A DNA stretch of 64,000 bases from an uncultured Candidatus Rokubacteria bacterium (GTDB lineage: Bacteria > Methylomirabilota > Methylomirabilia > Rokubacteriales > CSP1-6): the NCBI GenBank assembly GCA_963747235.1, contig CAVVEU010000033.1, positions 256,001 through 320,000 on the forward strand, written 5' to 3'. A program made the translations under genes and the position numbers. Shown one piece after another: positions 29,443-39,120 of this stretch (the stretch's first letter is position 1; each line of letters starts with the position of its first letter). The notes under the pieces were generated by a model. That model searched no databases and was not told the origin of the DNA. It was given only the letters and a program-made list of their open reading frames with translations.

Positions 29443-30100
29443 TCAGCGGATCGGGGGCAGCTCGCTGACGCGGAGGTTGGTGAAGAGCACCTCCATGCCC
29501 CGCTGGTCCACGTAGAGCCCGAGCGTGCCGCTGGCCTCCGCGGCCAGCTCCGCGGTCGCCACCGGCCGGCCGTTGACGTAGGCCACGATGGACCGGTCGC
29601 GCAGCTCGACGGCCAGCGTGTTCGGGGCGCCGTACTCGGTCTTCACGCTCCGGGTCGCGGTGGGCGGCACCGGGTAGTTCCACTTCCCGCCGATCCAGCT
29701 CGCCACCCGGTAGGTCCCGTTGGCGGTGAGCCCGAACGTGGCGAAGGTGCGGTTGTCGGCCCCGCCGCGGCTGGCGAACATGAGCCCGAACGCGCCCTCG
29801 CGCGTGCCCTTGCGCAGCCGGGCGGTCACCTCGATGCGCACGCCGGCCGGGAACGACTCCGGGCGCACCGGACCGAGCAGGCAGGGGGCGGACGGCGCGA
29901 TGTTCTCGACGACCAGCCCCTCGTCGGCGTAGCCCGACCGGCAGATGGTGCCGGTGCCGGCCGCCCAGTTGCGCGGCGCGCGGAGCTCATCGTCGAAGAC
30001 CACGCGGGGGCCGGCGGCGATCACGGTGCGCGGCTCGGTCGCGGGCGCGCAGGCGGTGGCGAGCGAGCGCCAGCGCCAACGTCAGGACGAGCCGCGACAT
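29443..30100 (-). CDS. Putative lipoprotein with concanavalin/DUF1080-like beta-sandwich (frameshift ~30065)
   Basis: MSRLVLTLALA..LATAC lipobox; GLMF, NTLAVE...YVNG, GTLGL, FTNL. Confidence 0.6.
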
Positions 30101-30198
30101 CGATCGCCTCCAGGTTCGTGAGGGTGAGCACTGCTGGCCGTCGGCCACCTCATCTTTTACACTACACCGGCCTCTAACGACAACGAGGGGGTGGACCC

Positions 30199-31248
30199 AT
30201 GCGCGGCATCGTCTTCACGGGTAACCGGCAGCTCGAGCTCCGAGACTTCCCCGATCCGACGCCCGGTCCGGGCGAGGTGGTGCTGGAGATCAAGGCCTCC
30301 GGCATGTGCGGGAGCGATCTCAAGTTCTACCGCGCGGACGGCAACGAGACGGCCTCCCTCGGCCTGGGCGGCAGCGGCAAGAAGGTGATCGCGGGGCACG
30401 AGCCCTGCGGGGTGATCGCGGCGGTGGGCCCCGGGGTGCGCGAGACGGAAGGCCGCGTGGGCCAGCGCGTGATGAACCACCACTACGAAGGCTGCGGACA
30501 CTGCAAGCACTGCCGCGTGGGATGGTCGCAGCTCTGCAAGGCCGGCATCACCGTCTTCGGCGCCACCGGCGACGGCGCCCACGCGAAGTACATGAAGGTG
30601 CCCGCCCGCACCAACGTGCCCCTGCCCGACGAGCTCACCTTCGAGGAGGGCGCGGCGGTGTCCTGCGGCACCGGCACCGCCTACGGCGCGCTCAAGCGCA
30701 TCGACGTGTCCGGCCGCGACACCCTGGCCGTGTTCGGCCAGGGGCCGGTCGGCCTCTCCGCCACCATGCTGGGCGTGGCGATGGGCGCGCGCGTCATCGC
30801 GGTGGACATCGCGGCCGAGCGGCTGGGTCTGGCGAAGGAATTCGGCGCCGACGCGGTCGTCAACTCGCGCGAGACCGACCCGGTGAAGGCCATCATGGAT
30901 CTCACCCACGGCGAGGGCGCCGAGGCCACCATGGACTGCACCGGCCTGCCCGAGCCCCGGGTGGCCGCGGTGCGGAGCACCGCCACGTGGGGACGCATGT
31001 GCTTCGTGGGCGAGGGCGGCGCCACCTCCATCGACGTGAGCCGCGACCTGATCCGCAAGCAGCTCACCCTGGTGGCCTCGTGGACGTTCAGCAGCATGGG
31101 CCAGTGGGAGTGCGCGCGCTTCGTGGCCGACCGCAAGATCCCCCTCGGCCGGATCTTCACCGACCATTTCCGCCTCGATCAGGCCGCGGAGGCCTACAAG
31201 CGCTTCGACACGCAGACCACCGGCAAGGGCGTGTTCACCTCGTTCTAG
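30199..31248 (+). CDS. Zn-binding alcohol/sugar dehydrogenase
   Basis: GMCGSD, GHEPCG, CGHCKHC..C, GQGPVG. Confidence 0.92.
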   Translation: MRGIVFTGNRQLELRDFPDPTPGPGEVVLEIKASGMCGSDLKFYRADGNETASLGLGGSGKKVIAGHEPCGVIAAVGPGVRETEGRVGQRVMNHHYEGCGHCKHCRVGWSQLCKAGITVFGATGDGAHAKYMKVPARTNVPLPDELTFEEGAAVSCGTGTAYGALKRIDVSGRDTLAVFGQGPVGLSATMLGVAMGARVIAVDIAAERLGLAKEFGADAVVNSRETDPVKAIMDLTHGEGAEATMDCTGLPEPRVAAVRSTATWGRMCFVGEGGATSIDVSRDLIRKQLTLVASWTFSSMGQWECARFVADRKIPLGRIFTDHFRLDQAAEAYKRFDTQTTGKGVFTSF

Positions 31249-31265
31249 GATCCAGGAGACGCATC

Positions 31266-31820
31266 GTGCCCGACGTGAAGATCCTCGGCATTCCCGGCAG
31301 CCTGCGCCAGGCCTCCTTCAACCGCTTCGCGCTCCGCGCGGCCCAGGCGCTCCTGCCCCCGGGCGCGAGCCTCGACATCTTCGAGCTCGAGGGCATTCCC
31401 CCGTACAACCAGGACCACGAGAAGCAGCCGCCCGCCCGGGTGGTGGAGCTCAAGACCCGCGTGCGCGCGGCGGACGCGATCCTCTTCTCCACCCCCGAGT
31501 ACAACTACTCGATGCCCGGCGTGCTCAAGAACGCGATCGACTGGGCCTCGCGGCCCTACGGCGACAGCGCGTGGCAGGGCAAGCCGGTGGCGGTCATGGG
31601 CGCCTCGGTCGGCATGCTGGGCAGCGCGCGCGCCCAGTACCACCTGCGCCAGTGCTTCATCTTCCTCAACATGCACGCGGTCAACCAGCCGGAGGTGTTG
31701 ATCGCCAACGCGGCGCAGCGCTTCAACGAGCAGGGCGAGCTGACCGACGAGACTTCAAGAGAGTTGATCCGGAAGCTGCTGGCGGAGCTGGTGGCCTGGA
31801 CGGCGCGGCTGAAGAGCTAG
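31266..31820 (+). CDS. NADPH-dependent FMN reductase (ChrR/YieF-like)
   Basis: GSLR..SFN, TPEYNYSMPGVLKNAIDW, RAQYHLRQ. Confidence 0.92.
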   Translation: MPDVKILGIPGSLRQASFNRFALRAAQALLPPGASLDIFELEGIPPYNQDHEKQPPARVVELKTRVRAADAILFSTPEYNYSMPGVLKNAIDWASRPYGDSAWQGKPVAVMGASVGMLGSARAQYHLRQCFIFLNMHAVNQPEVLIANAAQRFNEQGELTDETSRELIRKLLAELVAWTARLKS

Positions 31821-31821
31821 A

Positions 31822-32139
31822 CCGGAAGGCCTGGGGCAGCAGGAACGCGAGCAGGATCACGGTGCGGCCCGCGAAGCGCAGCCGCGCCAGCGCGTAGCCG
31901 AGCGGCACCGCGAAGAGCAGGCGCCAGCAGCGGTCACGATCACCGCGACGATCAGGCCGGTGTAGAGCGGATCGAGGAAATCGCCCGTGAGCATGCGCGC
32001 CCAGTAGCGGCAGCCCGAACCGCTGGGGCCACGGGCTCGGATAGGTCCACCGCTCCGCGAAGGACCAGACGCCGAGGCTCAGCAGCGGGCCCAGGATGAA
32101 GAAGGCGGCCAGCGCGAGCGTGGCCGCGCGCACCGTCAT
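31822..32139 (-). pseudogene. Truncated PotC-like ABC permease (N-terminal ~105 aa only)
   Basis: WSFAERWTYP..P, VPLGYALAR.RFAGR..LLPQAF, then runs into the stop of the convergent gene; no EAA loop. Confidence 0.7.
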
Positions 32140-32174
32140 GGCGCCGATGGACCGGGCGGGCTCGATCACGCGCG

Positions 32175-32937
32175 CTACCGGGTCAGCCGGCGCACGTACA
32201 CGAGCGCGGCGCCCATGGCCAGGAGGTAGGCCACCACGCCCAGCGCGGAGGCGGTGGCGAAGTCGCCGTGCTGGCCGTAGCGGTAGTAGACGTCGATCAT
32301 CAGCATCTGGGGGCCGCCGCCGCGCCCCATCATGAGCGGGATCGAGAACGAGGCCAGCATCGAGGAGAAGATCAGGATGCCGGTCACCGCGAGGGCCGGC
32401 GCGGCCATCGGCACCAGGATGTCGCGGGTGAGCCGGCCGGTGGAGGCGCCGAGCTGGCGCGCGGCCTCGAGGTAGCGAATCATCGGTGCCGCGGAAGGCG
32501 CCCAGCAGCAGCAGGGCGGCGAGCCCGAGGTGCTTCCAGGCGAGCGCGGTGGCGATCCCCGCCCACGACGACGAGAACGACGGCACGTACGGGCTCCAGA
32601 ACACGCGCAGCGCGTGGCCCACCACCACGAAGGGCACGAACAGCGGAACCTTCAGGAGGAACTCGACCGGCCCGAAGGCGCGCAGGCGGAGCCAGCCGCA
32701 CACCGGGATCGCGAGCGCGAAGGTGAGCGCGGTCCCCGCCGCCGCGACCCCGACGGTGTAGGCCACGTCCCGCGCGTAGAGGCTGGCGACCGTCCCGTAG
32801 TTCGCGAGCGTCCACTGCCCCTCGCGCGTGAAGCTCGCCACCACCGAGGCGCCGAGCGGCCAGAGGAAGACCGCCGCGAGCACCGCGAGGGCGGGGGCGC
32901 AGAGCGCCCCCCACAGCAAGCGCTCGGCCAGGGTCAG
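32175..32937 (-). CDS. PotB-like ABC permease (frameshift ~32483)
   Basis: TLANY, PLFVP, LEAARQLGAS, several TMs. Confidence 0.85.
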
Positions 32938-34064
32938 CGGACGATCTCCTCGTACGCGAGGCTGATCAGGTCGTGGTACTCCTTGATCGGCATCTGGCGC
33001 GAGTAGCGCGCGAGATCCTGCGCGCTCACGCCCGCGAAGAGCAGCTCGCGGCTCTTGGCGTTGATGAGCGGCAGCACCTTCTCCGGGTCCACGCCCGGGT
33101 ACCAGCCGAACTGCTCGACGATCGCCTTGGCCTGCACCTCCGGCGTCGCGATGTAGTCGATGTAGCGCACCGCCGCCTCCCGGCTGGCCGCCTCGCGCGG
33201 CACCACCAGGTAGAGCGGATAGATCGGCAGCCCCGGGGCGGGCAGCACCGGCGTCACCGCCGGGTCCATGCGCCCCTCGTTCTTCCAGGCCACGAGCTGG
33301 TCGATCCACACCGCGCCCATCCAGATCTCGCCGCGGTTGAGCGCGTCCAGCGTGCCCGCGTTGCCGTTGGTGATCGTCGCCTGCTTGTTGAAGTCGCGCA
33401 GCGCGGTGATCGCCTCGCGGATCGCCGGCTCCTTGCTCTTGTCGAACGGCCCCTGGGTGAGCTCCTTGTAGAGCCCGGTCTTCCAGTAGACCCAGCCCAT
33501 GGTGAAGCCGACGCCGCTCACTCCGCCCTTGATCCCGTTGTAGCCGAAGCGACCGGGGTTGGCCTTCACCCACGCGGCCAGCTCGTCGAAGGACTTCGGC
33601 GGATTGGCCACCTTGGACGGCACGTAGGCGACCGCGATCTGGTTGTGGAACATCGGCACCACGTAGCCGTCCACGTTGACGCCGAAGGCCTCCTTCACCT
33701 CCGCGCCCTTCACGAGCGCCGCGTTCTTCATCTGCGGCACGAAGCGGTGGAGCAGCCCCTCCTTCACCATCTGCGAGGCCACCGCCATGCTCACGAGCGC
33801 CACGTCGAGGTCCCAGGGCTTGCGGCCGGTGTCGGCCTGGGCTTTGATCTTGGTGTAGATCGCGCGGCTGGCCGGCTCGCCGGTGCCGGTGCCGACCACG
33901 TTGATCTCCACGTCCGGGGCGGTGGCGCGGAAGCCGGGTCCGAGGAGGGTCTTGTGGACCTCGACCACGTTGACGTCGGCCCCGATGGCGACGTTGAGCC
34001 GGGTGGCCGCGGACGCGGGGACCACCAGGGCCAGCAGCACGGCGAGCACGGTTCGCAGCAGCAT
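32934..34064 (-). CDS. ABC substrate-binding protein (PotD/YnjB-like)
   Basis: Signal peptide; PKSFDELAAWVKANPGRF.Y; LNRGEIW. Confidence 0.85.
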   Translation of the reverse strand: MLLRTVLAVLLALVVPASAATRLNVAIGADVNVVEVHKTLLGPGFRATAPDVEINVVGTGTGEPASRAIYTKIKAQADTGRKPWDLDVALVSMAVASQMVKEGLLHRFVPQMKNAALVKGAEVKEAFGVNVDGYVVPMFHNQIAVAYVPSKVANPPKSFDELAAWVKANPGRFGYNGIKGGVSGVGFTMGWVYWKTGLYKELTQGPFDKSKEPAIREAITALRDFNKQATITNGNAGTLDALNRGEIWMGAVWIDQLVAWKNEGRMDPAVTPVLPAPGLPIYPLYLVVPREAASREAAVRYIDYIATPEVQAKAIVEQFGWYPGVDPEKVLPLINAKSRELLFAGVSAQDLARYSRQMPIKEYHDLISLAYEEIVR

Positions 34065-34082
34065 CGTGGACTCTCCTCTCGT

Positions 34083-35115
34083 TCAGGCCGCCGGGTACAC
34101 GCGCACGCGATCCGGCGGAACGGTGATGGTGACGGGGCCGGGCGGCGCCGGAGCGGGCCCGTCCACCATGAGCACGGCCGCGCCCACCCGCACGTAGTGC
34201 CGGTAGTACGCGCCGAGAAACAGGCTTTCCTCCAGCGTGCCCGCGAGCGCGGGCGCCCCACCCGCCGCGCCGGCGAGGCCGAGATCGGACGAGCGCAGGA
34301 TCACCAGCACGGGCCCGCGCGCGGGGCCGCCATAGGGCAGGCGCTGGCCTTCGAGATGCAGCGCGCCCGACTCGGCGCGGGCCTCCAGCCGGTTGCCCAC
34401 GCCCAGGAAGTCGGCGACGAACTCGGTCGCGGGCTCGAGATAGACCTGCTCCGGCGTGCCCGCCTGCGCGACGCACCCCACGGTTCATCAGCACCACGTG
34501 ATCCGCGATGGCCAGCGCCTCTTCCTGATCGTGGGTGACGTAGATGGTGGTGATGCCCACGCGCCGCTGCAGGCGCCGCACCTCGACGCGCAGGCGCTGG
34601 CGGATCTTGGCGTCGAGATTCGAGAGCGGCTCGTCGAGCAGGAGCACGCGCGGCTCCACCACGATGGCCCGCGCGAGCGCCACCCGCTGCTGCTGGCCGC
34701 CCGACAGCGCGGCCGGCTTGCGGCGCGCGGTCGCCTCCACGTCGCCGATCTCCACGAGGGCGAGCGCCTCGCGCACCCGGCGCGTGATCTCCGCCGCGGG
34801 CACCCGCTTGAGGCGCAGGCCGTACGCGACGTTGTCGAACACGGTCATGTGCGGCCAGAGCGCGTAGCTCTGGAAGACCATCGCGGTCCCGCGCTGCTGC
34901 GGCGGCAGTGCGGTGACGTCGGCGCCGTCGAAGCGGATGGCCCCCGCGTCCACCGACACGAAGCCCGCGATCGAGCGGAGCAGCGTGGTCTTGCCGCAGC
35001 CGGAGGGCCCGAGGATCGCGGTCAGGCGACCGGAATCGAAGTCGAGCGAGACGGAACGGAGCGCCTCGACTGCACCGTAGCGCTTGGAGACGGCCGAGAC
35101 GCTGACGCGAACCAC
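34083..35115 (-). CDS. ABC ATPase (PotA-like; frameshift ~34480)
   Basis: GPSGCGKT, LSGGQQQR, LLLDEP, VTHDQEEA, C-terminal TOBE. Confidence 0.92.
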
Positions 35116-35182
35116 GCGGGGAGGCTAGCACGCGCCCGCGCGAGGGGTCAACGACGCGCGGGTTACGACGCGGACGCGCCGG

Positions 35183-35704
35183 CTACGCGAGCCAGCCGCG
35201 GTGGCCGCGGCCCGCCCGTCGCGCCGCGCGCAGGGCGCGCGCCACCGCGTCCTCGGGCGTGCGCGCGGTGAGCAGCGGCACCCGGCGGCCGTCGGGCTGG
35301 GCGAGGCGCCACGTGCCGAGGCCCACCACCGGGCGGCCGAGCTTGAGCGCGAGCGCGATCTCGGAGAGCGTGCCGTAGCGGCCGCCGATCGCGATGACCG
35401 CGTCGCTCGAGCGCACCAGGATCACGTTGCGCGCCTGGTCCATGCCGGTGACGATCGGGATCCCGACCCAGCGATTGGCGTCGCGCGCCTCGAAGCCGGG
35501 CAGGAGCCCGACCACGGTGCCGCCGGCCCGCGTCGCGCCACGCGAGGCCGCCTCCATCACGCCGCCGAGGCCACCGCACAGCAGCACCGCGCCCGCCTCC
35601 GCGATGGCGCGGCCGACCCGCTCGGCGAGGGCGGCCACCCGGCGCGAGCAGACCCCCTCGCCGATCACGCCCACGTGGAGGCCGGCGCGCGCCGGCCTCG
35701 TCAG
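35183..35704 (-). CDS. TIGR00725/LOG-like Rossmann-fold protein
   Basis: GVIG, CGGLGGVMEAA, TGMDQARN, GG.YGTLSEI. Confidence 0.85.
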   Translation of the reverse strand: MTRPARAGLHVGVIGEGVCSRRVAALAERVGRAIAEAGAVLLCGGLGGVMEAASRGATRAGGTVVGLLPGFEARDANRWVGIPIVTGMDQARNVILVRSSDAVIAIGGRYGTLSEIALALKLGRPVVGLGTWRLAQPDGRRVPLLTARTPEDAVARALRAARRAGRGHRGWLA

Positions 35705-36789
35705 GCCTCGACCCGCTGCCAGCCGCCCTCCGTGAGCGAGCGCAGCACCGCGTCCAGCACGAGCTGGGCGGCGACGCCGTCCTCGAGCGTGGGCGACGGG
35801 CTCTCGCCCTTCTTGATGCCCTCGAGGAAGCGCTTCACCAGCGGCGCGATGGTGGCTTTCCCGGTGACCTCCATCTGGTCGCCTTCGCCGGCCGAGCGCG
35901 GCAGTCCCGCGGTGATCGGAACCGGCTGCAGCGTGCCGCTCGCCCCGGCCGCGCGCAGCTCGCCCACGTACCACTTGGGCTTCTCGCGGTCGAGCCGGTA
36001 GACGAGCGAGCCCTGGCTGCCGTAGGCCTCCAGGAACGACTCGTTCGCCCCGCGGGCGGCGCGGCTCACCGAGAACGTCACCTGCCCGCCGGAGACCAGC
36101 TCGCCCATCACGCTGCAGAAGTCCTCCGCGTCGGTCGGCTTGCCGCCGGGCGCGTTGCGGGTCGGATAGGCCACGCCGGCCTGCGCGGTCACCCGCGCGA
36201 ACTCGCCGAAGTGCCAGCGTATGAGGTCGATCACGTGCACGCCCATGTCGCCCATGGCGCCGTGGCCGGCCTGGGCGCGGTCCATCCGCCACGTCACCGG
36301 CGCGGACTCGTCGGCCCAGCGCGCCCCGAGCCAGCGGCCCCCCGCGTGGAAAAGCCGGCCGACCGCCCCCGCTTCCACCAGCGAGTGGAAGCGCTGCATG
36401 GCCGGGATGAAGCGCCAGTTGAACGAGGTCATGGCCACGCGCTGCGCGCGGCGGGCCGCCTCGACCATGTCGCGACCCTCGGCCGCGGTCATTGCGAGCG
36501 GCTTCTCGCAGAGGACGTGCGCGCCCTGCTCGAACGCGCGCAGCGCGATCTCGCGGTGCAGGTTGGGCGGCGACGCGATCACCACGATGTCCGGCTTGGC
36601 CTCCTCGAGCATCCGCTCCCATCGCTCGAAGACGCCGGGGACGTTGTAGCGCTCGGCGATCGACCGGGCGGTCTCCTGGTTCCGCTGGCAGACCGCCACC
36701 ACCTCGCAGCCGTTGGCCTGAAACGCCGGAATGTGGGCGCGGCCGAAGCCGAGCCCGACGATGCCCACGCGATGCTTCTTCCGAGCCAT
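35701..36789 (-). CDS. Gfo/Idh/MocA oxidoreductase
   Basis: GIVGLG, HVLCEKP, DMGVH.ID. Confidence 0.92.
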   Translation of the reverse strand: MARKKHRVGIVGLGFGRAHIPAFQANGCEVVAVCQRNQETARSIAERYNVPGVFERWERMLEEAKPDIVVIASPPNLHREIALRAFEQGAHVLCEKPLAMTAAEGRDMVEAARRAQRVAMTSFNWRFIPAMQRFHSLVEAGAVGRLFHAGGRWLGARWADESAPVTWRMDRAQAGHGAMGDMGVHVIDLIRWHFGEFARVTAQAGVAYPTRNAPGGKPTDAEDFCSVMGELVSGGQVTFSVSRAARGANESFLEAYGSQGSLVYRLDREKPKWYVGELRAAGASGTLQPVPITAGLPRSAGEGDQMEVTGKATIAPLVKRFLEGIKKGESPSPTLEDGVAAQLVLDAVLRSLTEGGWQRVEA

Positions 36790-36881
36790 GCGTCGTCGGT
36801 CCTTTCGTCCGCGGATTTCCCTTCCCCCGCGGATTGGGTTACAGTCGGCCCCATCCTAACCGCAGCCCAGAGGAGGCCTCA

Positions 36882-38521
36882 ATGAAGGCGGTCACCGCAG
36901 TTGCCGAGATCCTGAAGCGCGAAGGTACCACTTTTCTGATCGGCTATCCGGTGAACCCGATCATCGAGGCGGCCGCCCAGGCCGACATCCGCACCATCAT
37001 CGTGCGCCAGGAGCGGACCGGGCTGCACATGGCGGACGCGGTGAGCCGCATCACCTCCGGCCAGAAGATCGGCGTGTTCACCATGCAGCACGGGCCCGGA
37101 TCGGAGAACGCCTTCGGCGGCGTGGCCCAGGCCTACGGCGACTCGGTGCCGATCGTGGTGCTGCCCGGCGGCTACCCGCGCCGCATCACCAATATCCCGC
37201 CCAACTTCAACTCGTTCATCAACTACCGCAACGTGACCAAGTGGTGCGAGCAGGTCATCATGGCCGACGCGGTGCCCGACGCGATGCGCCGGGCCTTCAC
37301 CCAGGTGAAGAACGGCCGCCCGCGGCCGGTCCTGGTGGAGATTCCCGTCGACGTCTACCAGGAGGAAGTGCCCGAGCCGCTCAACTACAAGGTCACCCCG
37401 CGCACGCGGGTCGCCCCGGATCCGGACGCGGTCACCGAGGCCGCGCGCATGCTGGTGGAGGCGGAGCGGCCGGTGATCTACGCGGGCCAGGGCGTGCACT
37501 ACGCGCGCGCGTGGCAGCAGCTCCGCGAGCTGGCCGAGCTGCTCGAGGCGCCGGTCACCACGAGCCTCGAGGGCAAGAGCGCGTTCCCGGAGAACCACCC
37601 GCTGTCGCTCGGCTCGGGCGGCCGCTCGATCCCGAAGACGGTGCACGAGTTCCTCAAGAACTCCGACGTGATCTTCGGCATCGGCTGCAGCTTCTCGACC
37701 ACGAACTACGGCGTCACGATGCCGAAGGGCAAGACCATCATCCATTCGACCATCGACGTGGCCGACCTCAACAAGGACATCGTGGCCGAGCACGCGGTGA
37801 TCGGCGACGCGGGCCTCGTGCTGGAGGCGCTGCTCGCCGAGGTGCGCGACCGCCTGAAGGGCAAGCCGCGCGGCCGCGAGGCCGAGGTCACCAAGCAGAT
37901 CGCCACCATGAAGGGCGAGTGGCTCGCCCAGTGGATGCCCAAGCTGACCGCCAACGACAAGCCGCTCTCGCCCTACCGCGTGATCTGGGACCTGCTCCAC
38001 ACGGTGGACGTGGCCAACACCATCATCACCCACGACGCGGGCAGCCCGCGGGACCAGCTCTCGCCCTTCTGGGAGAGCACGCATCCCGCTCACCTACATC
38101 GGCTGGGGCAAGACCACCCAGCTCGGCTACGGCCTGGGCCTGGCGATGGGGGCCAAGCTCGCCAAGCCGGAGTCCCTCTGCATCAACGTGTGGGGCGACG
38201 CGGCCATCGGCTTCACCGGCATGGACTTCGAGACCGCGGTGCGCGAGCGCATCCCGATCCTGTCGATCCTGCTCAACAACTTCTCGATGGCCATCGAGCT
38301 GCCGATCATGAAGACGGCCACCGAGAAGTACCGCTCCACCGACATCAGCGGCCACTACGCGGACATGGCGAAGGCCTTCGGCGGCTACGGCGAGCGCATC
38401 ACCGAGCCCGGGCGAGATCATCCCCGCGCTCAAGCGCGGCATCGCCAAGACCCGCGACGGCGTCCCGGTCCTCCTCGAGTTCATCACCGAGAAAGAGATC
38501 AACTTCTCGATCTTCAAGTAG
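36882..38521 (+). CDS. Thiamine-pyrophosphate-requiring enzyme, acetolactate synthase-like (frameshifts ~38090, ~38412)
   Basis: RQER..MAD, HGPG..N, GRPRPVLVEIP, WGDAA...NN TPP motif. Confidence 0.9.
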
Positions 38522-38543
38522 CCGGCTCCTCCCCTTCCCTCCA

Positions 38544-38579
38544 CCCTCTCCCCTCCGGGGAGAGGGCAGGGTGAGGGGG
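38544..38579 (-). repeat. REP-like hairpin, copy 5
   Basis: CCCTCTCCCCTCCGGGGAGAGGGCAGGGTGAGGGG (reverse orientation). Confidence 0.85.
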
Positions 38580-38605
38580 TGCTCGACAACCATGGCCGCC
38601 AACGC

Positions 38606-39120
38606 ATGACCGCCCTCACCTATCGCTCCCCGAAGACGGACGTGCGCCCGAGCCCGATCCACGGCAAGGGCCTGTTCGCGAGCCGCCCCATCGCGAGGGG
38701 CGAGATCGTCGCGGTCAAGGGCGGCCACGTCCTGACCGCGCCCGCAGTGGGCCGCGCTCGAGCCGGCGCTGGGCCCGGCCGACATCCAGATCGCCGAGGA
38801 CCTGTTCATCGCCCCCGTGACCCAGGCCGAGCGCGACGGCAACATGCTCTACACCAACCACTCCTGCGACCCCAACCTCGCCCTCCAGGGCCAGATCGTG
38901 CTGCTCGCGATGCGGGACGTCGCGCCCGACGAGGAGCTCACCATCGACTGGGCGACCACCGACGACGGCGACCACCAGATGGCGTGCCGCTGCGGGAGCG
39001 CCCGCTGCCGGGGCACCATCACCGGCAAGGACTGGATGAAGCCGGAGCTACAGGAGCGGTATCGCGGGCTGGTTCTGCTGGTTCCTCCAGCGGAAGATCG
39101 ACGCGGCGTCAACGCGATGA
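38606..39120 (+). CDS. SET-domain protein with post-SET Cys motif (frameshifts ~38745, ~39068)
   Basis: SPIHGKGLFA, NHSCDPN, EELTIDW, CRCGSARCRG. Confidence 0.85.
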
